A DNA stretch of 64,000 bases. Origin: an uncultured Methanomassiliicoccales archaeon. GTDB taxonomy: Archaea > Thermoplasmatota > Thermoplasmata > Methanomassiliicoccales > UBA472. The stretch spans positions 192,001-256,000 of the forward strand of contig OY968769.1 of the NCBI GenBank assembly GCA_963695345.1, written 5' to 3'. Of this stretch, positions 29,747 through 40,448 are shown one piece after another (the stretch's first letter is position 1; each line of letters begins with the position of its first letter). The notes below the pieces were generated by a model. The model saw only the letters and a list, made by a program, of their open reading frames with translations. It was not told the DNA's origin and did no database searches. Both the position numbers and the translations under genes were made by a program.

Positions 29747-31296
29747 ATGAACATTGATCCCAGCACCACCAAGTACCTGGTCAGGGCGAGGCTCAACGCT
29801 GATGGCATCGTCGAGAAGCCAGACGTCGTGGGTGCAATTTTCGGACAGACCGAAGGTCTGCTCGGTGACGAACTTGATCTCAGAGACCTGCAGAAGAGCG
29901 GCCGGATCGGGAGGATCGAGGTCGACGTGCACTCGAAGCAGGGCAAGTCCGAGGGCGAGATCCTTATCCCGTCAAGCTTGGACCAGGTCGAGACCGTCAT
30001 CCTGGCCTCGGCACTGGAGACCATCGACCGGGTCGGACCGTGCAAGGCCAAGATCACCGTCGAGTCCATCGAGGATGTCCGCGTCGTCAAGCGCGCCAAG
30101 ATCATCGAGCGTGCCCGCGAACTGCTCACCGAGCTCATCAAGCAGTCCAAGACCAGCGGCATCGACCTGACCGAGAGCGTCAGGCAGTCGGTGCAGGTCG
30201 AGGAGATCATCTACTACGGCAAGGAACGCCTGCCCGCCGGACCGAACGTCCCGGACTCCGACGCCATCATCGTGGTGGAAGGGCGCTCGGACGTGCTCAA
30301 CCTGCTGAAGTCCGGCATCAAGAACGCCATCGCGGTCGAGGGCACCAACATCCCCAAGACCATCATGGACCTGTCCAAGGAGCGGGTCATCACCGCCTTC
30401 GTGGACGGGGACCGGGGCGGAGAGCTCATCCTGCAGAGAGCTGTTCCAGGTGGCCGAGGTCGACTTCGTCGCCCGTGCGCCGCGTGCCCACGAGGTCGAG
30501 GAGCTGACCCAGAAGCAGATCATGAAGTGCCTGCGGAACAAGATCCCCGGCGAGCAGTTCATGGAGATGTTCGGCCTGGAGGCGGACGGCACCGAGAAGA
30601 AGAACGGCCGGTCCGACAAGGCGGAGAAGCTGGAACGCTTCCAGAAGGAGGACAAGGCGGAGCGCGCCGCCGAGGATAAGCGGACGCCGAGGAGAAGCCC
30701 GCCGAGAAGCGCAGAGGCGCCGGCACCGAGGCAGGAGCGCGAGGAACGCCGCGAGGAGAGGCCCCGGCAGGACGCCAGGAGAGCCGCGAGGAGAGGCCCA
30801 GGCAGGAACGCCAGGAACAGCGCCGCGAGGCGCCGAGCACCGAGGCAGGAGCGCGAGGAACGCCGCGCCGAGAGGCGCGAGGAGCAGCGCGGCCGTGGCG
30901 GAGACCGCTACGAGAGGCGCGAGGAGAGAGCCCCGCCGATGCCGGTGGAAGCAGCACCTGAGATGGCCGCAGAGAGCTCGGACAAGGCCAAGAAGCTGTC
31001 CGCAGCCCAGGAGAAGTACCGGGCATGATCAACGAGCTGTCGTCCACCTCCAAGGCCAGGATCATGGACGCCCACGGGCGGCGATCCGCAAGGAAGTACC
31101 GGTGAAGGAGCTGGTCAACACCCTGAAGGGAGAGACCGAGCCCATCTCCGCCGTCGTCTTCGACGGCATCATCACCCAGAGGATACTGGACATCGCCGCG
31201 GAACAGAAGATCGGGACCATCGTCGGCACCAAGATGGGCAACATCACCAAGCAGCCCAGCAGCGTCGACGTCTGGACCAAGGACGATCTGAACTGA
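29747..31296 (+). CDS. dnaG: Archaeal DnaG (TOPRIM; exosome-associated), several frameshifts
   Basis: [58 protein letters not shown]-terminal [10 protein letters not shown]. Confidence 0.95.
30723..30867 (+). repeat. 31-bp direct repeat (30723-30753, 30837-30867) within the R/E-rich linker of dnaG
   Basis: gcaccgaggcaggagcgcgaggaacgccgcg occurs twice, encoding [10 protein letters not shown]. Confidence 0.8.
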
Positions 31297-31298
31297 AC

Positions 31299-32838
31299 AT
31301 GACCGGAAAAGTGAACCTTCAGCGGGAACCCGACCTTCGGTCGATCGAGTCCACAGCGGACATCGAGATACCGACGGACCCGCTGATGCGGGTCATCGGC
31401 CAGGAAGAGGCCGTGACCCTGGCGCGCATCGCTGCCAAGCAGCGGCGCCATCTTTTACTGGTCGGACCGCCTGGATGCGGGAAATCCATGATCGCCCAGG
31501 CCCTTTCTTTACATTTATCCGCTCCCAAAGAGGAGATCCGCATCGTGCATAACCCGGAGAACCCGGAACGGCCCACGGTCGAGGTCAAACGGGAGGACGA
31601 GGTCCGCAAGGAACTGGAGTCCCTGGGTTCGCCGAGGGCGAGCTCATCGATCCGAAGAACGCGCCGATCAACGTCTCCGAACGTCTCGGCTACCGGTGCC
31701 GGAACTGCGGCACCTATTCCTCCCCGAAGGAGACGCACCTGCCCCAAGTGCGCCAAGACCAAGGGCGGGGACCAGCCCAACCAGGCCAACCCGTTCGGCG
31801 ACCTGATGACCGGACTTTTCGAACAGATCAACGCCGCCCAGGGGCAGACACGCCCCGGCGGGCAAGGAGAGGGTCACCACCACCCGGAAACGCTTCGGCA
31901 AGGAGGAGGTGGTGGTCTTCGAGCGCTGCGGCGAGATGATCCGGGTGCTCGACCAGAGCGCGCTGGAGAAGCGCCGGGAGCTGGAGAAGGTCTCGCCCAG
32001 GAAGGTCCTGGTACCACTGGACCGCAACCCATTCGTGCTCGCCACCGGCTCGTCCGAGACGGAACTGCTGGGCGACGTGCGCCACGATCCGTACGGCGGA
32101 CATCCGCAGCTGGGAACGCAGCCCTACGAGCGGGTGGTCCCGGGAGCCATACATGAGGCGCATGAGGGCGTCCTGTTCCTGGACGAGCTGCCGCATCTCG
32201 GCCATATGCAGCGGTTCATCCTCACCGCCATGCAGGAGAAGCGCTTCCCCATCAGCGGCCGCAACCCGCAGAGCGCCGGTGCGAGCGTCAAGGTGGACGA
32301 CGTTCCCTGCGACTTCATCTTCGTCGGGGCATGCAACATCCAGGACCTGGAGCAGGTGCTTTCCCCTCTCCGTTCCAGGATCAACCGGCAACGGTTACGA
32401 GGTCCTGGTCAACACCACCATGGAGGACAATGACCAGAACCGAGCCAGCCTGGCCCAGTTCATCGCCCAGGAGATAACCGTCGATGGACGTATCCCGCCG
32501 GCGACACGCGCCGCCGTCGAGGGCATCATCAAGGAGGCCAGGCAGCGCGGGCAAACGCATTGACAACCAGAACAACGCCCTGACGCTGCGCCTGAGGGAG
32601 CTGGGCGGACTGCTGCGGGCCGCCGGGAGACATAGCCGTGGTCAACGGAGATGCGATGATCGATATCAAGCACATCGACCAGGCGATAAAGCGCTCCCGT
32701 TCCGCCGAGGACCAGATCAAGGACCGGTACGGCTCCTACACCAAGGGACTGGGCACCGACATCTCGTCGGCGCAGAAGGAAAAGTCCCCCTATTATTTCC
32801 AGAACGAGACCGCGGACAAGGATACGATGTTCCATTGA
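31299..32838 (+). CDS. LonB-like AAA+ ATPase lacking the protease domain (several frameshifts)
   Basis: VIGQEEAV, LLVGPPGCGKS, NPENPERP, LLGDVRHDPY, GAIHEAHEGVLFLDE, VPCDFIFVGACN, LRSRI, LRLRELGGL. Confidence 0.85.
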
Positions 32839-32874
32839 TCCGACGATTTTTCCATCCCGATCGAAAGTGAATGA

Positions 32875-33313
32875 TCACAAATGGAGCTTCAGGGTGTATC
32901 CATCCTCTCCGTTCGAGTAATAGTTCGGGATACGGCCGGTCATCATGAATCCCAGGCGCTGGTAGAACCTTATTCCGGACAGGTTGCTGGCCCGAACTTC
33001 GAGCGAGTTATCAGAACTGCACTCCTCGGTTGGCGCCTTCCATTAGAAACCGGTTGAGAAGCATGGTGCCGATGCCCTGGTTCCGGTACTCCTTCTTTAC
33101 CGCCAGCATCAGGATCCTGGACTCAACCTCTGAGGACATGATGCCGAACAGGAAACCTACGATCCGGCCCATGTCCTCGACCACCAGAAAGCCGTTGGGC
33201 CAATAGTACGAAAGTTCGGTGAAGAGAGTCGGGTTGTACCGTTCCTTCAGATTGTTCGAGGCCAGATCGTAGACGGCCCAGAGGTCGGAAGGTCTGAAGT
33301 ACCTTATCAGCAC
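32875..33313 (-). CDS. rimI: RimI/Ard1-type N-acetyltransferase (indels near 33010)
   Basis: LAVKKEYRNQGIG, then in a shifted frame LEVRASN..FYQRLGF..IPNYYSNGEDG. Confidence 0.85.
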
Positions 33314-33327
33314 GCCAGTCGATTGCG

Positions 33328-35333
33328 CTAACGCCTATTCTTTCTTTTCCAGAGCAGCCAAATACCAAGAGCCAGTCCAGCGCCGCCGGCCGGCACCGCG
33401 ATCAATGGGTTCATTTCATCGACGGGGGCCGCGGGATTGACTATGACCAGCATTCTCCCGACGGAGCTGTTGTTGAAGCGGTCGGTAACATTCAATGTGA
33501 TCTCGTGGATGCCCAATCCCAGAAAGGCTCAACACGTAGGAGCCGTTCCACGTCTCCCCGGTCAGGGCGGTCGATCCACTGGTAAGAGGATATGCCAGCA
33601 TTGTCGTCGCACCTGGTGGCATCCAGGACCACCGGTTGGCCTTCGACCATGGTCAGATTGTTCCACGGGAGCGAGATGGATGGGCGGGTCGGGATCGACC
33701 GCCCAGTCACGCCAGAAGAAGTCGGCGAAGTATCGAGATACTGACGGGGACGATACGATCAGCCCGACCTCCCGGTTCTGGAATACCGAGGCATCGGCCC
33801 AGTTGATGCTGGAGACCAGCACGCTGTCGTCGGCGATGACACCTTTATTGTGCATCACCCCCAGTTCGTGATAGTCGGACATGAGCCTCGCCTCCAGGTC
33901 CAACCCGCGCTCCTGGGCCAGAGCGTTCAGCGCGTCCACCGTCATAAGGTTATTGCGGGTATCGGAGGTACCCACGAACGTCTGGTCCAGCAGCACCCGC
34001 ACCTGGACCCCCCTGGCGGCTGCGCCCACCAGTTCGTCCATTATCTGGCTGTTTCTCCACCCAGGCCGGGTCTATGTAGAGCTGTTCCACCAGCAGCCTC
34101 TTGGTGGCGGAGGAGATGCAGATCGATGAGGGCCTTGCATGGATGTGTCCGGAGAGACTATCAGGGAGACGTCGGCGACCATCGGCGCAACGGCATTTCC
34201 TCCAAGCGGGGGGACATCGATGTTCGGCAGGAGGGGAATACCAGTCCTTGATGGCCGTCGATGCTTCCTTCACATCTCTCCGCTCCAAGGATGAATCCTG
34301 CAGGAACATGTCAATGACATCACCGGCCAATCCCTCTGAGACCACCGTAACCCCCCAACCGCGGTTCGATACCAGACCGCCAGCCCAGTTCTCCGACATC
34401 ACTGTGACCCGCTCCCCGTCGGTGACCAGATATTTCGCATGCAGACAGTCGTATCTCCGATAGCTCTGGTTGGAGGTGATCATCCGGACATCGCATCCAC
34501 TTGACACCAGCGTGGATATGGCGGTCTTCGACGCGTTTGAAAGGCCGGTGACCGGCTGACCCTCGATCAGGATGGTAACCTCAACTCCTCTCGCCGCGGC
34601 ATCGGAGAAAATCTTGGTTATCACCGGATTGCCCATCTCGTAGACGCAGGCGGAAACGCTTTCATGCGCATATCCGATCTCCCTGATCATCCGGTCCAGT
34701 GCCTCCTCGGGACAGGTGAATGGGTCAACCGACGCTTCATAGGTGGTCACTTCTAGTTCGGACCTTCCCGCGCAGGAACGGGACCAGTCAGACGACGGTA
34801 TCGGTATCCGGGAGGGTGAGGTCACGGACGGCCATGTCCCCCTTGGGCAGCGGGATGAATGGCGACCCGGTCCATCCGGCGGATGGAGTAACCGAACCAT
34901 AGCTGAATGAGTCCCGGACCACTCCCTCTGGATCTGCCAGGTCGACCTGGTCCCCCTTATCCGCCAGGGCCAAACTTCCGTGAAATGTTACCCGCCCTTC
35001 TCGATAGCCTAACGCCGATTCGTCCGGATAATAGGTGATGAACGAGGCCGGGTCGGGACTGAGGCTCAGCCTATCTCCTGGCCTAAGCGGTATCGAAGCG
35101 TTGATCCTGACCCATCCCTCCCCGTCGCCAATGGTCCAACCGGACAGGTCGACGGTATGGTTCGAGACGTTCTGGACCGTGGTGAATTCCAAGGGCGTCG
35201 ACGGAGCTACCCGGAAAAGGAGGAGAGAAGGGGCCGTTGCCCCGCCAATATCGGTTCCATCCACATATGGAAGGCCGGGAATCAGCAGGAGGAATAGGGC
35301 AAGGACGGTGACCGGACAGGTCCATCGACGCAT
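33328..35333 (-). CDS. Secreted/membrane-anchored phospholipase D family protein with lamin-tail and PKD-like domains (frameshifted)
   Basis: Signal peptide; VDLSGWTIGD..LADKGDQV (lamin tail); two HKD motifs, HAKYLVTD and HNKGVIAD; C-terminal TM helix plus basic tail. Confidence 0.85.
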
Positions 35334-35404
35334 GCTTGGAACATGCTGCCCGCCGGTCCATACATGAATGTGCTACCCTGAACCTAAGAGAAATATCCGG
35401 TCGA

Positions 35405-36082
35405 TCAAATGCCGCTTACCAGGTCCGATAGGGCCTTTCGAACGTCCGCCGCCTTAACGACCCCGGATGCCAGCAGGACGCCTCTCGCCCCCAGGTCGAT
35501 CGCCGCCTTGACATCCTTGCCGGTCTTGACCCCGGCGCCGCACAGGACGGGGATGTCAGCGTCGACGCGGTGGACAGCATTGACGGCGTCCGAGACCACC
35601 TCAGGCCTTGCCGAGGTGACCGATATGTCCCCGCCAATCAGTTCAGGCGGTTCGACCGCGATGAAATCTGGTTTGAAAAACGCTACCGCTCCGGAGGTTT
35701 CGGCCGAATCGGCGCAGACGACCGAGAGAAGACCGTTTGCCCGGCATGCTGCCACCGAGTTCTTCAGGTCGGTTATTTCCAGCCGGTGCTCGGAATGGTT
35801 CAGCAAGGTACCGGCAGCGCCTGCCGAGGCTACCATCTCCGGCGTTATCCAACCCGTGTTGGAGCCGGGCTTTCTCGCGTCGACATGCTGCGCCAGTACC
35901 GGGATGTATACCGCCGCGGCGACCCTGGACAGTTCGACTGCCGGGGGACAGACCGCGACGCTGACCCCGGAATCCTCGGCAACCTTCTGGCAGGCCAGAG
36001 CGATGGAGACGGCTTTTTCGCCCTCCACCTCTCGGTACACCTTGAAGTTGACGATGATGGCCGGGGTCGCGAGCTTACTCAA
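35405..36082 (-). CDS. tpiA: Triosephosphate isomerase (archaeal type)
   Basis: IVNFKVY, AQHVD, LNHSEHR, AVEPPELIG, CGAGV, GVLLASG. Confidence 0.97.
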   Translation of the reverse strand: MSKLATPAIIVNFKVYREVEGEKAVSIALACQKVAEDSGVSVAVCPPAVELSRVAAAVYIPVLAQHVDARKPGSNTGWITPEMVASAGAAGTLLNHSEHRLEITDLKNSVAACRANGLLSVVCADSAETSGAVAFFKPDFIAVEPPELIGGDISVTSARPEVVSDAVNAVHRVDADIPVLCGAGVKTGKDVKAAIDLGARGVLLASGVVKAADVRKALSDLVSGI

Positions 36083-37218
36083 TGTCTTCCATCCTTTCCT
36101 TCAGCTTGCTGAGGACGGCCGGGCGGGTGGTGTATTCCATCTCTTCCGGTCCCAGGATGCCGGGCATGAACGGCCCCTGCTGCCTCAGATAGATGCTGGC
36201 CTTGATGGCCTTCTGGCGGGCGGTGTCCCAGCAGCTGCCGGCAGAAGAAGTCCACCGGCTCGTGGAATCCGATGGGGCTGCCTGGGTCCTCCAGGCCCTG
36301 GATCTTGCCGTGGCTTATCTGGAAGCCGAGCGCGCAGATGCGTGGCGGCCCGTCGAAGTAGACCGGGTCCGAGTCCGCGACCGAGCAGGGATACCAGGCG
36401 CCGATGTGCGATCCCCTCATCCAGCCCGCCACCATGTACGGGTGCATGTACGGCTGGAGGACCTCTCCGACCGCCGGGAATCCGGACTGGCATCTGACGA
36501 CGCAGACCGGGTCGTCCTTGCCGACGTACTTGCCGGCGCATAGGTTCAGCTTCTCGGTGCTTACTACCGCCGAGACACCCATGTCCTTGTTCTTGCTGAA
36601 GATCCTCTTGATGGCGTATCTGGATGTGTCGCCCAGCAGGCTGAGGATATCATAAGACTCCTCCGGTGCTGACATCATGATCTTCTTGGAGTCCAGGACA
36701 TCCTGGATCTCGAACTTGAAGCCCTCGTGCGCCTTGGGATCGATGACCAGCCCGGTCGTGGTGAACGGGTCCATGAAGGTCCTGGTCAATGGCATCGAAT
36801 ATGCCGATGGCTCGGTCTTGTCGGCCATGAAGAATACGACCGGTTCCGATCCGCGTTCCACGAACTCCATCTCCGCGGCACCCGGGCCCATTCCCCTGAT
36901 GTTGCCGCTGAACGCGTCCTTCAATATGTCCTGACCTGCGGCGTACATCTTCATCTCCTTGGCCAGCTTGGCAGCCTTTTGGAAAGCCTCCCAAGCCAGT
37001 CCGTGCACGTCGCTATGGTTCTCTCCCTTGTTGTGGGTCATGAACAGGTTAATGTCATCCCCAACTCGAGTGACGTAGAAGTCGTTGATCGTTCCTGCCC
37101 GGACGCCGTCCTTCAGAACGTCCCCGCAGACCGACATCATTTTCGGGTGGGGCTTCGAGTGCCCGCATACCGATCCGACATCCGCTTTTATCACTGAAAC
37201 AGTCACTTTGTCCGTCAT
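36075..37218 (-). CDS. fbp: Bifunctional fructose-1,6-bisphosphate aldolase/phosphatase (3' frameshifts)
   Basis: SVIKADVG..GH, GDDI, YAAGQD.LKDAFSGN.RG.GPG.AEMEF.ER.SEP, DKTEP, YVGKDDP, GWMRGSH, FDGPP. Confidence 0.95.
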
Positions 37219-37390
37219 GTGATTCCCATACCTAGATTGAGTTTGTGAAATGCAGTGACCCTATTTAAAAATTGACGCAAGGTTTGAGTTGCTGGAAGGA
37301 CGATGGGGATGAATATTGGCCGCGATCGGCCCAACGATAGAAAGAGAGTCCGGGGAAAGGAATAACCCACCGTGCCCCATTACCCCGGAC

Positions 37391-38392
37391 ATGGACCTGG
37401 TCAAGCCGAAACGATTGAAGCCGGGGGGAACCGTCCGCCTGGTGGCCCCATCCCTGTCTGCCAGCATTGTCGATCCGCGAGCATGGGACATCGGGATCCA
37501 AAGGCTGGAGTCGAAAGGGCTGAAGGTCCAGGTGGCCAAACATGCGATGGGATCGCGCGGCCATGCATCGGGTACGATAATGGAGCGGGCCAGTGATGTC
37601 ATGGACGCCTTCCGCGACCCAGATGTCGACCTGGTGATGTCGGTGATCGGCGGATTCAATTCGAACCAGCTCCTTCCCTCCCTGGACTATAAGGTAATCC
37701 GGGAAAGCAGGAAACCTTTCATCGGTTACAGTGACGTCACCGCCTTGAACAACGCCATCTTGGCCAAGGCCGGGCTGCTCAACTTCTATGGCCCCGCCTT
37801 CGTCACCTTTTGTCAGCCTGAGATGTCAGAGTACGCCGAGAGATCGTTCGATCAGATGCTCATGGAAGGATCGGGAAACGCACCGGTCGAAGCCTCCGGG
37901 AACTGGGCCGAGGACCGGTGGTTCCTGAAGGATGCCCTGGGGCCGAGGGAGTGGAAGAAGAACCCGGGATGGGAGGTGCTTCGGGAAGGCCACGCCAAGG
38001 GACGGGCGGTCGGAGGCAACCTGAGCACGCTCATGCTCCTCGCGGGCACGGAATACTGGCCGGACATGAATGGAGCCATCCTTTTCCTGGAGGATGATGA
38101 GGCGGCGACGCCTCAGATCTTCGACCGGGACATGACGCACCTGAAACAGATGGGGGTCTTCGACAAGCTCTACGGACTGGTGATCGGTCGCTCACCCTCC
38201 GAGGCCGGGTTCGACCAAAGCGACTCAATGGCGATGATAATCGATGACCTTCTGGGAGAGTGCGACATGCCAGTGGTGGCAGGCGCTGACATCGGTCATA
38301 CCGACCCCATGTTCACCGTCCCGCTGGGGGCAAGATGCGAGCTGTCCACGGACCGCAAGAAATTGAACTTCGTCGAGAGGGCGGTAGAATGA
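37391..38392 (+). CDS. Peptidase S66 family (LD-carboxypeptidase / MccF-like)
   Basis: LVAPS, IGGFNSNQLL, GYSDVTAL (Ser), GGNL, LFLED (Glu), DIGHTDP (His). Confidence 0.92.
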   Translation: MDLVKPKRLKPGGTVRLVAPSLSASIVDPRAWDIGIQRLESKGLKVQVAKHAMGSRGHASGTIMERASDVMDAFRDPDVDLVMSVIGGFNSNQLLPSLDYKVIRESRKPFIGYSDVTALNNAILAKAGLLNFYGPAFVTFCQPEMSEYAERSFDQMLMEGSGNAPVEASGNWAEDRWFLKDALGPREWKKNPGWEVLREGHAKGRAVGGNLSTLMLLAGTEYWPDMNGAILFLEDDEAATPQIFDRDMTHLKQMGVFDKLYGLVIGRSPSEAGFDQSDSMAMIIDDLLGECDMPVVAGADIGHTDPMFTVPLGARCELSTDRKKLNFVERAVE

Positions 38393-38423
38393 CCGGACCA
38401 CCGACGAAGCGAACGCTCGGGTT

Positions 38424-38645
38424 TCACTCGATGATTATGGCGGTCACCGGGCAGGCATCGGCCGCCTTCTGCGCGCATTCCTTCTTGTCCGCCGGAATCT
38501 CGCCGGAATGTACTCCTCCCTTCTGGTAGGGCGGTTTGACCTCGGAGACCCCGTCCGACCCTTCCATGAACACATCTGGACATTCGTCATTGTAGCATAG
38601 TCCGCAGCCGGTGCACTCATTCTCGTCAACGATGACCTTGGGCAT
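38424..38645 (-). CDS. Ferredoxin (single-cluster type)
   Basis: CTGCGLC....CPDVF and AADACPVTAI. Confidence 0.92.
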   Translation of the reverse strand: MPKVIVDENECTGCGLCYNDECPDVFMEGSDGVSEVKPPYQKGGVHSGEIPADKKECAQKAADACPVTAIIIE

Positions 38646-38736
38646 GGGTGATGTTATGAGAGATATCGGACCTTATTGTTTTCGGTCCTGAGCTCCTCCG
38701 ATCCCTACTAAAAGGAAAGATTTGGGCGGCGCCGAA

Positions 38737-38958
38737 CTATTTTACCGCTATGGCCGACACTGGGCAGTCCTCTTCGGCCTTCTGAGCGCAGACCATCAGG
38801 CTGTCCTCGATCTCGCCATCATAGGACGATTCCTTCCTGAAATCTGCCTTCAATTGGGAACTTCCGTCCTCCCCTTCCTCGAATACATTGGGGCAGTTGT
38901 CGTTGAAGCAAAGGCCGCAGGAAATGCAGGTTCCGTGGTTGATGGTTACTTTTGGCAT
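38737..38958 (-). CDS. Ferredoxin (single-cluster type), paralog of 38424-38645
   Basis: CISCGLC....CPNVF and AEEDCPVSAI. Confidence 0.92.
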   Translation of the reverse strand: MPKVTINHGTCISCGLCFNDNCPNVFEEGEDGSSQLKADFRKESSYDGEIEDSLMVCAQKAEEDCPVSAIAVK

Positions 38959-39128
38959 TGACGAGGCCATGTAGAGCTCATGGTTTATTACTTTTCGCCA
39001 TTGACCTTTGTTAACAATAACAACCGAAAAAAATGAGCTGGATACCTGATCAGCGGCGGAAAAGCATGCCAACACTATTAATAAATCCCTTCCATATTCC
39101 GACCTGGGTGCGTGCCACGGAACCGATC

Positions 39129-40436
39129 ATGCCTACAAAGAACTCGAAGAACATCAGCAATGATGACCATGACAAAGAGGTCGTCGTCGAGGGATGGGTC
39201 CAGGAAGTAAGGAACCTCGGAGGTATCTCATTCCTCATACTGAGGGACAGGTACGGAATCGTCCAGATCACCGCACCGAAGAAGAAGATCACCCCCGAAC
39301 TGATGGAAAAACTGTCCTCGGTGCCGCGCGAATCGGTCGTAAGGATCGCCGGCCTGGTCAAGCAGAGCGCCCAGGCCAAGGCAGGATTCGAGATCATCCC
39401 ATCCGAGATGGAGATACTGAGCACCTCCCAATCGCCGCTCCCCATGGGAGTGGTCGACAAGGTCAGCGTGGAGGCCGAGACCCGTTTCGATAACCGTTTC
39501 ATGGACCTGAGAAAGCCGGAGGCCAGGGCGGTCTTCGAGATCAAATCGTTGACCCTCCGCCTGATAGATGAGTTCCTGGAGAAGGAGAATTTCGTCGAGA
39601 CGTTCACCCCTAAGATCGTGGCGTCCGGGGCGGAAGGCGGGGCCACGCTGTTCGAGATCAACTACTTCGGAAAGAAGGCCTACCTGGCGCAATCACCCCA
39701 GCTTTACAAGCAGATGCTCATGTCGACCGGACTGGACCGGGTCTTCGAGATCGGTCAGGCCTTCCGGGCGGAACCTTCCGATACCGTAAGGCACGTGTCG
39801 GAGTTCATATCGTTCGACGCCGAGATGGCCCACATCGCCTCCCAGCGGGACGTGATGGCCATGCTCGAGGCGTGCACGCAGTACGTCATCAAGGGCGTCA
39901 TCGAGCGGGGCAAGGAGCAGTTGGAGAAGCTCAACACCGCAGTCGTCCTGCCCAAGGCGCCGTACCCCATGATCACCTATGCCGACGCCATCGACATGGT
40001 GAACGGCGGCGGATTCAAGATAGACCACGGAGAGGACCTGGGCACGGAGGGGGAAAAGGTGCTCGGCGATATCATGATGGAAAAGGGCTACGAGATGTAC
40101 TGGATATACGAGTATCCGGAAGAGGCAAAGCCCTTCTACATCATGGAAAAGGAAGGAACGCCCTACTCCTACTCGTTCGACCTGGACTACAAGGGCCAGG
40201 AGATGGCCTCGGGCGGCCAGAGGGAGCACCGGTACGACAAGTTGACGGCCCGCATGGAGAAGAAGGGGCTGAACCCGGAGGCGTTCGATTTCTATCGGAA
40301 CTCGTTCGCCTATGGCATGCCGCCCCACGGAGGGTGGGGCTTCGGGGTGGAACGCTTCGTGGTCAAGATGCTGAACCAGCAGAATATCCGTGAGGCGATC
40401 CTGTTCCCCCGCGACCGCAACCGGCTGGTACCTTAG
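39129..40436 (+). CDS. aspS: Aspartate--tRNA ligase (archaeal type)
   Basis: OB-fold GWVQEVRNLGG.SF..LRDR; AEGGATLF; YLAQSPQLYKQ; FRAE; SGGQREH; GMPPHGGWGFG.ER; LFPRD. Confidence 0.97.
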   Translation: MPTKNSKNISNDDHDKEVVVEGWVQEVRNLGGISFLILRDRYGIVQITAPKKKITPELMEKLSSVPRESVVRIAGLVKQSAQAKAGFEIIPSEMEILSTSQSPLPMGVVDKVSVEAETRFDNRFMDLRKPEARAVFEIKSLTLRLIDEFLEKENFVETFTPKIVASGAEGGATLFEINYFGKKAYLAQSPQLYKQMLMSTGLDRVFEIGQAFRAEPSDTVRHVSEFISFDAEMAHIASQRDVMAMLEACTQYVIKGVIERGKEQLEKLNTAVVLPKAPYPMITYADAIDMVNGGGFKIDHGEDLGTEGEKVLGDIMMEKGYEMYWIYEYPEEAKPFYIMEKEGTPYSYSFDLDYKGQEMASGGQREHRYDKLTARMEKKGLNPEAFDFYRNSFAYGMPPHGGWGFGVERFVVKMLNQQNIREAILFPRDRNRLVP

Positions 40437-40448
40437 ACTGGGTGAAGA

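Noticed and set aside
29747-37218. Mass pseudogenisation of dnaG, the lon-like gene, the PLD gene and fbp
   Set aside because: Indel-only damage with intact catalytic motifs in essential genes is better explained by sequencing error
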